DNA of 63,992 nt, filler included, from Folioceros fuciformis (Eukaryota): the NCBI GenBank assembly GCA_049999805.1. It is 5 parts of 5 records of this genome, joined end to end, with 100 filler letters (N's around TTAATTAATTAA, not from the genome) between each part and the next. Parts side by side here need not be neighbours in the genome. Positions count along the whole stretch, not along the records: positions 1 to 24,530 come from JBNGIO010003247.1; 4 more parts are not named here. The stretch is one strand, 5' to 3'. Below the pieces are notes generated by a model. That model had not been told where the DNA came from. It worked only from the letters and a program-made list of their open reading frames with translations, and did not search any database. How positions within the stretch are numbered: the first letter of the stretch is position 1; each line of letters starts with the position of its first letter. Below, one piece after another: positions 11,733 through 22,649 of this stretch. The position numbers were made by a program, and so were the translations under genes.

Positions 11733-12522
11733 CATTGCTGCCTGAAGCTCCCGCTGAAGCTGGCCGGCTATATGGGTCCCAAGATCTACTTTTCCTCGAC
11801 ACAGTCCTGTCGCCCAGAACTTCTGACATGGACTCGAAAAGTTGCACTCGGAAGGTGGCTGGAAGCTCCTTTGCCTTCGTTTTCTCCCTCTTGGTCACCT
11901 CGTCAAGCTCCCAGTAGTTCGGCTGACCCACTTTCTTGTTCCAGTCAGATATTTGCTTGTAAGCAGTGGACAAATTTGACCACTTTCTCTCGATCTCCTT
12001 CGCTTGCCTATCTACACCGTAAGTGTGGAGCAGGTTCTGCACCTCTTTCCACTTCTCATTTGCAGATTTAAAAACATGTTTGACATGCTTCCCTTGCTTC
12101 CCAGCCATGGCCACCTTCATATGCACCTGATGATAGGCACTGACCAAAGCATCCATCTCCGCGTCCTGCCACATCTCGGCTCGTTTCTTCTTCCCAATTC
12201 CATCTTTGTCCGGCTTTTCCTCCTTCCCCTCGCCTTCCCCTTCGTCTCCAGCTTCCATGTCCACTACGGGTATCTCCGTACCGCCATCTCTCCCTGCCGA
12301 GGTGCTGGCATCTATGTCAGCCCCATCCCCCATTCTGCTAACTCTCCCTAAATCCATGCCAGCCCCAAGTACACCACCCACTCCCACATCTCCTCCGCTT
12401 CCCATCATGCTGACAGGGGAAACCCCGCCTGCATCCGAAACCAGCAGCTGCCGGTAACCGCCATCAGGTCCCAGCACCTGCCTGTACCCATCATCCCCTT
12501 CACCCTCCCCTTCCACAGCCAT
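11733..12522 (-). CDS. Trihelix (GT-factor/Myb-SANT-like) DNA-binding domain exon; predicted first coding exon of a fusion with NMNAT
   Basis: KKRAEMWQDAEMDALV...KSANEKWKEVQNLLHTYGVDRQAKEIERKWSNLSTAYKQISDWN...NYWEL has the W-W-W spacing of trihelix domains. Acidic Gly-rich N-terminus from ATG 12522; the unspliced ORF ends at 11647. Confidence 0.88.
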
Positions 12523-13136
12523 AGTGAAGCCGGAAGATCTGAGAATCATAATTCTGGGCCCAGACACTGTCAACCCAACACAAATCAATGAGCAAAATGC
12601 CTCCCACGGGCAGCCCCCCGCAATTAGCTGTATCACGTCCGAATTGTGATCACACAAAACCTGGCAATGGCAATAGCACTTGCAGAACCTGACACCAGCA
12701 GTTAGACGAAAATACAGGACTCAGCTCCCACGCACCCGAAGCTCCCCAATCGGCTGCACACCACTCCAGGACGTCCAACTTCCTCAACCAGTTCGTCAGT
12801 TTCACGACTGTTGCTTGCTGAGCAGCGGACGGCGTTTTGGGCTGTCATACTGTCCTGGCATGGTGCACGGTAAAGAGCCTCGGGCGTGAAGCTGCCAGTC
12901 TGACAACGACTTTTACTCAACTGCGGATCACATCTCACGTCTGCCACTCGACTCGCACTGCACACTCCGAACAACCATTCCGTGGAGGAACGCTGGCACT
13001 TAGGGTTGAAACATCGCGCATACAAGGGCGGGTCGTGGGTTTTGGCAGGGTTTTGCATTGATCGTACCACGACACCGAAGAACGACGAATGACCACCATC
13101 TGGAGCTGAACGAAGTTTGTCGGGACCCTGCCTGCT

Positions 13137-16100
13137 ATGATGGACTACGCAGAGGAGCCAATGGTCGTTCTTCATGTGGACTTGGACTGCTTCTATGCTG
13201 CAGTAAGCCCATATTCCATCATTTGGCATCGCATTGCAGCTTTTGATTCTGCAGAGATTGGTGGATCTTTCGGATTTGCTGAACAGGCTGGAGAACTACT
13301 TCAGGTGGAACAGGTGAGGCTGGAAATTCCCAAGGAGAAACCGCTGGCGGTGCAGCAGTGGGAGGGCTTGATAGCTGTGAATTATCCAGCACGTGCAGCT
13401 GGAGTTGTTCGTCACGACAGAATCAGCGAAGCCTTGAAGAAGGTGCGAGTGAGGTGTTGTCTCCAGACTGTGAGATCTGCGGCAGTAGTATCGAATTTGG
13501 GTAACTCACAATGGATGTATGGGCTGTGAAGTGTCCCGATCTCGTAAGAGTGCATGTTGAGACTATCGGCGGGGAAGGAGGCAGCGAAACATCTGTGGAT
13601 CGGAAGAGTACGAAAGTATCCTTGGAGCGGTACAGGCAGGTGTGAGGGATTCGTAGAAGTGTTGCCGTGGGCAATAGTGCAGCCCATTGCATGAACTTCA
13701 CCTGTGCGGTTGTTGCATGCAGGCATCATCCTTGGTTTTTGCTATATTCCAACGCTTTTCGAATGTTTGTGAGAAGGCTAGCATCGACGAAGCCTATCTT
13801 GACGTAACTGCAACGGTACTTTGATATCTTTGCAGTTCTTTTGGATGCAAGGCAGTAGCTTGTTCCTTGCTGTGGTCTGTTTTGCTGACGTGTTGTTCTT
13901 CTTCAGGTAGAGCAGATGGTGGATGAAGACCACAACTGGGATCAAGAATTGCATAGGTTGCTTGAAGGGGATACCATGGTGGTTTTTGAAGGTCCGCTGG
14001 TGCCCTGCAACTCTTTTGACAGAAGGCAAGGGAGAGTTTTTCTCTTGCTGTGGTTGACAGTTGGAACGGGTGAATATATGAATACTTATTGTCTGCTGGG
14101 TTGTTAGGTTGCTGGCAGGGGCTGTACTTGCTGATCAATTGCGTGCTGCTGTGAGGAATGAACTTGGTTATACGTGTTCTGTGGTAAATCCCCTGAACTG
14201 TGACTCCCTTTATGTGTGAAACTGTCTCTTGGTTTCAGACGCAGGAGCAACCCTTGATGTGGAAATTGTTTCAGGGGATTGCCACAAACAAACTCTTGGC
14301 TAAGATTGCCTCGGGTAGAAATAAGCCTGATCGACAGACACTGGTGCGTACAATCGTTCTGCACAAACGTATTTCAACCTTTTTGGTGTACTGCGATACT
14401 TACGTTGGTTAGGTCATTCGAATGTGTACAGATCCCTCCTCGAGGTGTTCCTGCGCTGATGAAAGATCTTCCTCTAAAGAAGATCAAACTTCTTGGCGGG
14501 AAGCTGGGGCAGGTGGTGCATTCTGGTTCAGTGTTAAGTGATTGCTTGCATTTGTTCAATCAGTCATATACTATGATATTAACGGGATTGGGAAATGCAG
14601 GATTTGCACCAAAAGTGGGGTTGCACGACAGCCGGCGAAGCTCAAGATGTCCCCCTATCAGCATTGGTGAATAAGTTTGGTGAGCGTTTGGGCACGTACG
14701 TTTGGAAGGCAGTGCGTGGTGCTCAAACTAGTAAAGGTCAGCCTTATACAGGTTTTGGAATCATGTTTTCAGCAAGACGGATCTGAGCAGTCCAACTGAT
14801 CGGTTATTGGTGCTCACAGTGGAAACAAAGCAGATCGCCAAGTCCATGCTGGCTGCGAAGTCGTTTGCTGCAACTTCGGATTTTTCAGAGATTCAGTAAG
14901 GAGAAGGTCCTTGGAATACGTGGGCTTAGCACCTTTGTGGGAGTTGTGACTGACTACCCTGGCATTCTGTCGTTCTATAGACGGTGGCTACATATTCTGG
15001 CAGAGGAGTTGTCAGTGCGTGTCTTACGCGATGCTATGGAGCATCACCGCAAGCCGAAGATACTCCAGCTGTACTTCCGCAGCGGGCAGGGATATGCCTG
15101 TGACAGGTCAAAGTCTTGTCCTATGCCGCAGGCTGCCCTGCATATATTGTCGTCTGCCATCAGACATTTTCCTTCGGATGCAGGTGAGAGTATAGCACGG
15201 TGATTACCTGGACCTTGCAGTGAGTGCCTGGCATAAAGGGAAGTCGTCTTTTGCTCGGTTGCAGATGCTGAGGTTCCTGAAAAGCGAGAGAACCTTCCAC
15301 AAGAAGCTCGTGAAGAACACCCAATCTCTGCTTCTGAAAGTGTGGAGGACATGCTCGATGTTCAGGGTGTGACGGGGGCTGTCAACGATACATCCAAAGC
15401 ACTCGCGAAAGTGTTTGAAGATGCGGGGCTCAGAATATTTCATCGGATTGAGGACCCGTTGCCTTGCCATCGCCTGGCCCTTGCTGCAAGTGGGTTCCAC
15501 CAATCAGTCGCGGAGGTTTGTGCGCAGCACTTGTTAGGGTGGCACCAGATAGGTCGTGATGTGATTAGCATTGCAGTTGGAAGGGAGCCTTTGCAAATGG
15601 GCGTTCAGCAAGTGGGTAGCACGATCATGAGTGGTAATACCTGACACGAGCACTTGGCTTGGGATTGCAGGGTTTACAATCTATTGATCACTTCTTCTCC
15701 GCATTTACCTCATCGTTTCCGCACAATGACGACCAGCTTGGCAAGGTGGAGGACAGAGTTCAGAGAACACCCACAAAGGTGCCCCCAAGTAAGCCCAAGG
15801 GTATCCTGAAATATGTTTCCACCGGCACTGGAGCAACAACTTCCCCTCCACAGGCGGGTCCCGATTCTCCACGCAGTGAGCACTCTCCACCGAAGACAGC
15901 TGGGGAGGCTGACAAAGTGCCAGATTACTCTGCTTACTTACTCAGCAGAGAAGATGACGCAACAACAGCTGAAGGTGATACTTTGGACATAGGGACTGTG
16001 GATGTAGAAGAACAGCGGAGAATTCTAGAGACAATCAATAAGCTGAAAGACGGAAACCGGAAGCACACTCGAAATCCGAGACCGGTGAAAGATCGCAAGC

Positions 16101-16195
16101 GCCACCCACCCAAACGAGGGCAGTCTCGAGACCTGGCTGAGAATAGGAATAAACAGGATACCATCACCAAGTTCTTCCAGACACACATGAACTGA
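13137..16195 (+). CDS. POLH: Y-family DNA polymerase eta-like, multi-exon
   Basis: LHVDLDCFYAAVEQ, PLAVQQWEGLIAVNYPAR, ASIDEAYLDVT, GYTCSVGIATNKLLAKIASGRNKPDRQT, LLGGKLG, KSMLAAKSF. PIP-like motifs LQSIDHFF and QDTITKFF. Confidence 0.9.
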
Positions 16196-16397
16196 CAACT
16201 ACAAACCGGGCTCACAAACTTGGTTGCATGCGTGCTTTCCACATTTTTGGTGAACAAGACGAATGTAGGTCGATCACAGACACGAGGCTATGCAAGGTTA
16301 TGATTGTCCAGAGATGAAAGTCGGATCCCGATTAGGCAAGAAAACGTTCGACCATTTTGCGCTGTGCACACTGAAAGACTAGCTAGTTACTGATATT

Positions 16398-17500
16398 TCA
16401 CAGTCGACCCTTACAACTGCAACACCCATTTGAGGATCGGCAACGTCAACTATCCCGTAGAACAAATCAGATGGGGCAGTCGCTGCAAATGTGCAGATTC
16501 TTCGTTACCGGAGCGGCGTCCCACTTGGAGAGTTCAAGAGCCAAAACTCCGGAGCTAGTTGTTCAAAATGCCCACAAAGCGTATCGTCCTTTCCATTCTC
16601 GCATTGGCCTCACCACCGAGTTCCTGTGAAGTACGTCGCCTCCGTCTGCTTCAGACGTAGATTCCTGCTCTCTACCTTAAGCCCCCAATACCCTCTCTTC
16701 CTTCTTCATGCTCGCTGATGCAGGTTCTTGTTAGCTCCTGCTCATGATTCTAGAAGGTACGTAAAGAGACAGCATCAGCCTGAGTACCAGCAGCTAACAT
16801 CTTAGAACAATCTGGTGCTATGTGACCATCATCACAAGTACTTTACCCAGATACCAGGGCATTCCACGTCACCCCATCCCAGCAGTCCTCTTTCCATTAT
16901 CTGTGAGTGCAATTGCCTGACCTCTGCAAGGAGCCAGAGCTAACACGGGCCCCCAAAAGGCAAGCAAGAGTAAACCAATCAGGCAACTCAAGCCTCCTTG
17001 CACCAGTTGTCCTTACAGGCAAAGCAAGCCCTTGCTGTGCATACCCACCTACCACAGCTTCCAGATCATCCCATCCTTATGGCCAAGGTGCCATAGACCC
17101 CGCGTGTTTCTTCCAGTTTGCCATATTTTGCATGCAAGTCCGGCAGGCAGGTGCAAGGAGGAAGGCTAGCATGCAACATCTAAAAGTGCTTTTCCGCCCA
17201 AATCCCAAGTCGCCGGCTACGGCAAAAGATTCACTTTAGGTTTGCCGCGCTCAGCATGCGCAGACATTATGGAAATCCCATGAAGGGATCTCGCCGTCTT
17301 CCCCGGTGACCACATCCATGGCCGCCTGCATCCTACCTCCACATGCACACATAAGGCAAGCTACAGTTCGGCAACAACGCGTTCGACTCGACCCAAGTCT
17401 GACAGGCAGTCAGGCCACGAGCCTTCTTATTCACTACCAGATCCTTCTAGATGCGAAACTTGAACATGGCGTAACACAGAGACTGAGAAATCGCAGAACC
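16398..17500 (-). pseudogene. Degenerate PLS-class PPR gene with DYW:KP-like deaminase domain ending CSCKGRL*
   Basis: Across frameshifts: IMSAHAERGKP, DLHAKYGKLEE, VVGGYAQQG, PDWFTLACLLGA, DGVTWNALVSG. Then KDDTLCGHFEQLAPEFWLLNSPSGTPLR/VTKNLHICSDC and NGCCSCKGRL*. 5' boundary approximate. Confidence 0.8.
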
Positions 17501-18566
17501 TGTGTGGGCCAGAGAGATTCCAGGGCTCCAACGGCCCCACAGAACGCCTCCCTGCGCCATAACGTGCGCACGGTTAAAGCCGTTACGACGCCCATTTCCG
17601 ACCCTGCACGCCTGCCACTTGGAAGGAGAGGCTCCATGACCCACGGAAACACGCATCTCATCAACCCAAGCTACCTTTAGCGTGCTGTTTAACCACAGGA
17701 CGTCGCCGGACCCCTTCCGCCGTAAGTCAGGCGGGAGGGGGCTCTTCTCATCTCGTCTGTAGGCACACCACAAGGTAAGGTCCCAGAGAAACAAACTGTT
17801 GCCACCAGTGCTCCTCCTCCTGGCGAGGAGCACCGCTGGAAAATCCGTCCCCATCCACACATTGTCTCGGGAGCGCCAGTGCTGGCCTCCTCGTACAGCT
17901 GGACACGGAAGTTCTGGTGTTTGCCGGGAGTTGGGTACTTGAAGTAAGGTGGGCAGGAGCCAAACACAAAGTTGTTGGGAGCGCTGACGGTCCAGATGCC
18001 ATGGTTCGGGCGCCGCTGTCGAGACATGAGTCTGACAAACTGGCAGGATGTCCCAAGCTCTGTCTAGGGCCACACCCTACAGGAGTGCAGGCGGTGTCTT
18101 TCGTGGAGTCTCACGAACCACTGGTAGAAGGCACCAGTGGCGCACAATTGGGTCGTAGACGAACATGCAGCCAAGTAGGTGGGACATCATGGGGTAGCGA
18201 GGATGCCAGACCTCATCCCCGCATTTCCTTTCGTGTCCTCAAGGGGTTCGTAGAAAGGAATTGGGCGGGAGCGTGCATGCTCTGGCAGCCAACGGGGTAC
18301 GGCTCAAACACATTCTTGGCCAATTATATCATTGGCGTGTGGCAAAATACGCAAGAGTCGAAGCAAGAGTGCTCCTAGAAAATATCACTAACCACCCAGA
18401 TGCGTGAGGAGCAAAAATGAGGCTGTCGGCTTTTACCTGCGAAGAAGCTGGTCATAATCAGAAACCTGGAAGGCCTCCTCAAAATTATAACACGTCTGCA
18501 AAGATGTGATCTTACCCACAACAAGTCCTGAAGAGGAAAACGGCGTCTTACAGTTCTTTTGAGAAG

Positions 18567-19514
18567 TCACACAGCAGGGGACTGATGAGGAACCTGACTC
18601 AGCTGCCAAACAACCTGCAGTGTCAGAAGTACAACCCTGACAGTCGTCCACAAGACTGCCCGTGTCATGGAGGAAAACGTACATGATTCAAAATGGGGAC
18701 CCAGTCCCAACCGCGAGGCTTCTCTGCAGAAGCACCATATCTGTCGAAATATCGACGTTTCTGAGCTTTCGTCAACTTGTCTTTATCCTTTCCGTCCTTC
18801 CTGCTCGCACCTCGCTGTGAGCTGTCTGCAGGACCAGCACCATCCGAATCTCCTCCATTGTCATCCTGCGAGGTAATCAAGGCAAGAAACCACTGTACGT
18901 GACATGATACAGATAAAATATGCTTGGCCTCACAAGTATTCAGCTTGTCCACAGTCCAACCCTGACGCAGCCAAATAGCTTACGATGTGGGAAGCTGTTG
19001 GTTTGAGGGCATAGAATTCCACTAGCCTTTCCTTAAGCCATTCCACCAAGTTGTAACACATGCATTCCCCAAGCTGCTGAGAAGCCTGCACAAGTCAACA
19101 AGACGTGGGTAGGTCCCGGCTTCACAACGTGGGCCAACAGCAACCTCCAGTGCAGCAACTCAAACGAGACGTTAGCAGCTACCTCTCAAATTAGAAGGCA
19201 TAACGCGAATTGCTCGGTTAAGGTAAGAGCAGAGCAAAGACCTGTTGCAGCAATCCATCAATGATGCTCTGCTTGACGAACTCCGGATATGTGCTGTTGT
19301 TGAGATTCTTGAGATCAAATTCTGGAAGCGCATCCGGGTAGCCATCCAGCAGACTCACCTCGAGAAACAAAGGAGGGGGCTTACTTGCCGAGGAAGCCAT
19401 ATCTTCCTGCTCGCTGGGATCGATTCTGATGCGAAACCGATTCTCACTTGTTTTACTGAAACTGTCGTAGAATATAGCTTCCAGAGCCATCAGCTCCTCT
19501 TCGATCACCTCCAT
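18567..19514 (-). CDS. RWDD4: RWD domain-containing protein, RWDD4-like, 4 coding exons
   Basis: EEELMALEAIF...GYPDALP (RWD); LGECMCYNLVEWLKE; C-terminal KLTKAQKRRYFDR...KPRGWDWVPILNH|LSQVP as recalled for the RWDD4 family. Confidence 0.8.
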
Positions 19515-20301
19515 ACTCACGTGAGCTGGGAAAAGACAGACTCTGTAAGAGCCCAGAAAAAAATGGCAACAACTAAGAGACCTAGGGCTGTGGTACTTTG
19601 TATGTATTCAGAATCGTGCGATGTCACGAATTACTAGTATCGGACTCTTTTTAAGCTCTCTATAAAATTCTCACACATGCGAACTAGACTCCATGGAGGG
19701 GTAGGAGCCTGCAGGCAGCACTTTTGGATGGGCAACGGTGGACTCCGGACCTCCAGGTGGCGTGGATTCGACCCTGTGGTGTATGGATCTGAAGAACCCA
19801 AATTTGTTTGTGTTCGAGAGAATTGGATGTCAGCAGCTCCCGGTTGGTAATCGACTAGTAGGGTCTTGCGGCAGAATCTCAGCGATTCTACTGGGTATCA
19901 GGTCTTTCCTGCGTGTGAATTGTGCTGCACAGTCCACTCACTCTTCGGCTGGTGCAATTCCCCACTTTGGCTGGTTCAATTCCCCTCCGACTTCATTCGT
20001 GCGTCCTCCTTCGTGTAGCGGACTTTAGTGCTCACGGATTTCTCCACTTAAAGAGGAGACCGATGGACTTCTTCGATCATTAAGCCTGGCCTTTACGAAC
20101 TGTGCTGAGCTGATGACGGTGAAGTCTGCATCTATCAATCTGCTGGCACAGTTGTGGGTCCTAGGATTGAGTGAAAGTACTTTGGTGCCAACGGCAGACA
20201 TAGTTCTGCGGCGCATGCAATTTCTGCTCACCGGAAGCGTAGGAAGGCCCACCTGTTGATCATGGTTGTTGTGGGATGTATTTGTTGTGAGACATCTGCC
20301 T

Positions 20302-20310
20302 AAACCCTAA
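20302..20310 (+). promoter_or_regulatory. Telo-box (AAACCCTAA) in the divergent RWDD4/SSU72 upstream region
   Basis: Exact AAACCCTAA between two head-to-head housekeeping genes. Confidence 0.4.
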
Positions 20311-20561
20311 ACCCCATCTGCCCTCTTGTTTCGTCGTTGCAGAAAATTGTAACAGCAGAAGACTAGCAATCAATGCGGTTGGAGTTCCTGGGTAGCTTGG
20401 GTGCTCTTATATAGTAAGCTATTTTGACACGTGTGTATTCCTTTAGGCTGTTTGTGGGAGGTGGGGGATCGAGTACTAAGCTCAGAATTGTGCATGGTGC
20501 TCTGGTTGCAGTGAGACTCAAAATTGCGTATGGTTCACTGGTTCCAGTGAGAGGCATCTAA

Positions 20562-22002
20562 ATGCAAGGCATGAGGCTTCGCCATGCAATGGTGTGTGCT
20601 AGCAATCAAAACCGGAGCATGGAGGCTCATGCCCTGCTAAAGAGAGAAGGGCTCGATGTCAGCTCTTATGGCACTGGAGCCCACGTGAAGTTACCTGGCC
20701 CGTCCATCCGTGAGCCGAATGTCTACACCTTTGGCACCCCTTATCGTCAGATGTTTGAAGACCTCAAGAGAAAAGATCCTGACTTGTATCCATTTTACTT
20801 TGTCGCACGAAACTGGGTTTGACAGTGATTGTTGCACGAGATGGGTCGCAACTGTAGGGTAGCCAGTTCAACCACGCTCTGAGGAGGGAAAGCTTCTCTC
20901 TGGTGATAAGATGGGTCTAGGTCATTCAAAGCAGATCCGTACAAAACATTTTTTTTCTCCTCGTAGATAAATTATCTTCTGCGATTGGAACAGAAGATCT
21001 GATGCTGATATCGTGTGTCATGCGTCTCTGATGTCTTGGTGCATATGTGCTGCAAGAAGGTAGAAACCAGTTGCTAGGTGTGTAAGATCGCCAGCAGTAT
21101 GAAGAGGAGATGCATGCATATGTGCCGTAGTAATAGGCTTTGAGCAACAGCTCATGCAGCTGCAATTTTCTCGTCGTTAAGGGACGAGTCAGAGTTTGTA
21201 CTCTGGTGCATTATTCTGCCAAGCTCGAACGAGTTTTGAAGATAACTGCTTTATTCTAGTCTGATTTGGTGTTGCTTGTCTGGTTTGGTCATGTCTCGCG
21301 TTGGATTGAGGAAGTCTGTGAAGGATTGTTGTGCTCCTTAACCAGTTGCCCAGATACAAAAGAAATGGACTTCTGCAGATGTTGAAACGGAACATGAACG
21401 TCAAGGAGGCACCACAGCGATGGCAGGACAATGCCCCCGATGGACCGTTTGACATTGTTTTGACGTTTGAGGAGAGGGTGTTCGATATCGTCAACGATGG
21501 TATGTATTAGCTTGCCCAAAAGGAATTTTGGGGAGATTTGAATTTGAACTTATGCTTGCGTTTGCTGGCATGGGGTCCTTGCAGACCTACAAAACAGGAC
21601 TCAAACCCTGATGAAATGTGCTCTGGTCGTGAATCTGGATGTCAAGGACAACCATGAAGAGGCAGCATCCGGTGCCAAGTTGGTTCTTGAACTCTGCCAG
21701 AAGGTAACTATTCTCACCAGGGACTTGAAGTTTTATCTAGCACGCCCTTTGCTCACTGAATATGTCTTAGGGTCCTTGTTTGTTTCTGATGTTCATGTAA
21801 TCTTCCCACTTTCATCGCGAATGCTGTAAGTATTCTTACCAGTGTTCAGCTCGTCAGACTTGTTGTTTAGTTGGTGTCTTAGCTTAAACTTTCAATGCAG
21901 CTAGAGGACGCGGAATCATGGGAGCTAGAAATCGAGTCCATCATCTTGCAATTCGAAAAACAGTATCGAAGGCGCCTGCTATACAACATCTGCTTCTACT
22001 AA
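20562..22002 (+). CDS. SSU72: RNA polymerase II CTD phosphatase SSU72, 4 exons
   Basis: VCASNQNRSMEAH catalytic CX5R motif, SYGTGAHVKLPGPS, YKRNGLLQMLKRN, FEERVFD, DVKDNHEEA, C-terminal LLYNICFY*. Confidence 0.96.
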
Positions 22003-22649
22003 CCCTTCGTGTAATGCCCCGTCCGTTATCCACCATTGTTGAAGTTCTCAACTGTGACACTTTCATGGTGAGCTCCTGTGTATGCCATACCCAGAGCCAG
22101 CAGTTCGAAACTGCCCTCGGGATTATGTCACTTCCCTTACAGTTGGTACTAGAAGTCACACGGTTTAAATCGTCTGACTAATTGTGTAACCCACCACAGA
22201 AACGCAGCCACTCGGCTTCGTATTTCTTCAAGAAGTAGCCGCTGGAGATCAATGGAATTGTGATTTCTCGTTTCTTGCTTTTGGTGTAGGACAAAGGCTG
22301 CCCTGGCTGTTGTGAAGACTAGGAGCAGCTTCTCACGCAGCATTCAAAGGCAGCAAGTTATGCCGACGACATTCTAGACGTTTTGTCCATGTCTTCGGAT
22401 GAACGATCGCAAAACTGAGCACTGTCCCGATGATTCGGTGACAGTAATTAATTTCGTAGCAAATCGTTGATTATACCTATGCACATGCCTGCAAAGATTT
22501 CAAGTACTGATACCAGTCATCTTACAAGATCAAACGTCCACGAGGACATTCAAGCTGCGAGTTGCCAGCTTGACAACAACAGAGCTCAGCGACCGAGCCC
22601 CTGGCGTAGGTTGACACATACATAATAGATTCTGTGCGCGGATGCAGAA

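Noticed and set aside
12523-13136. Head-to-head trihelix-NMNAT and pol eta as a co-regulated DNA-damage module
   Set aside because: Tight divergent pairs are common here (RWDD4/SSU72, PYRD/eIF2B-epsilon), so adjacency alone is uninformative.
17447-18378. Several overlapping 100-200 aa ORFs
   Set aside because: No recognisable motifs; probably the decayed 5' part of the PPR pseudogene or chance ORFs in GC-rich DNA.
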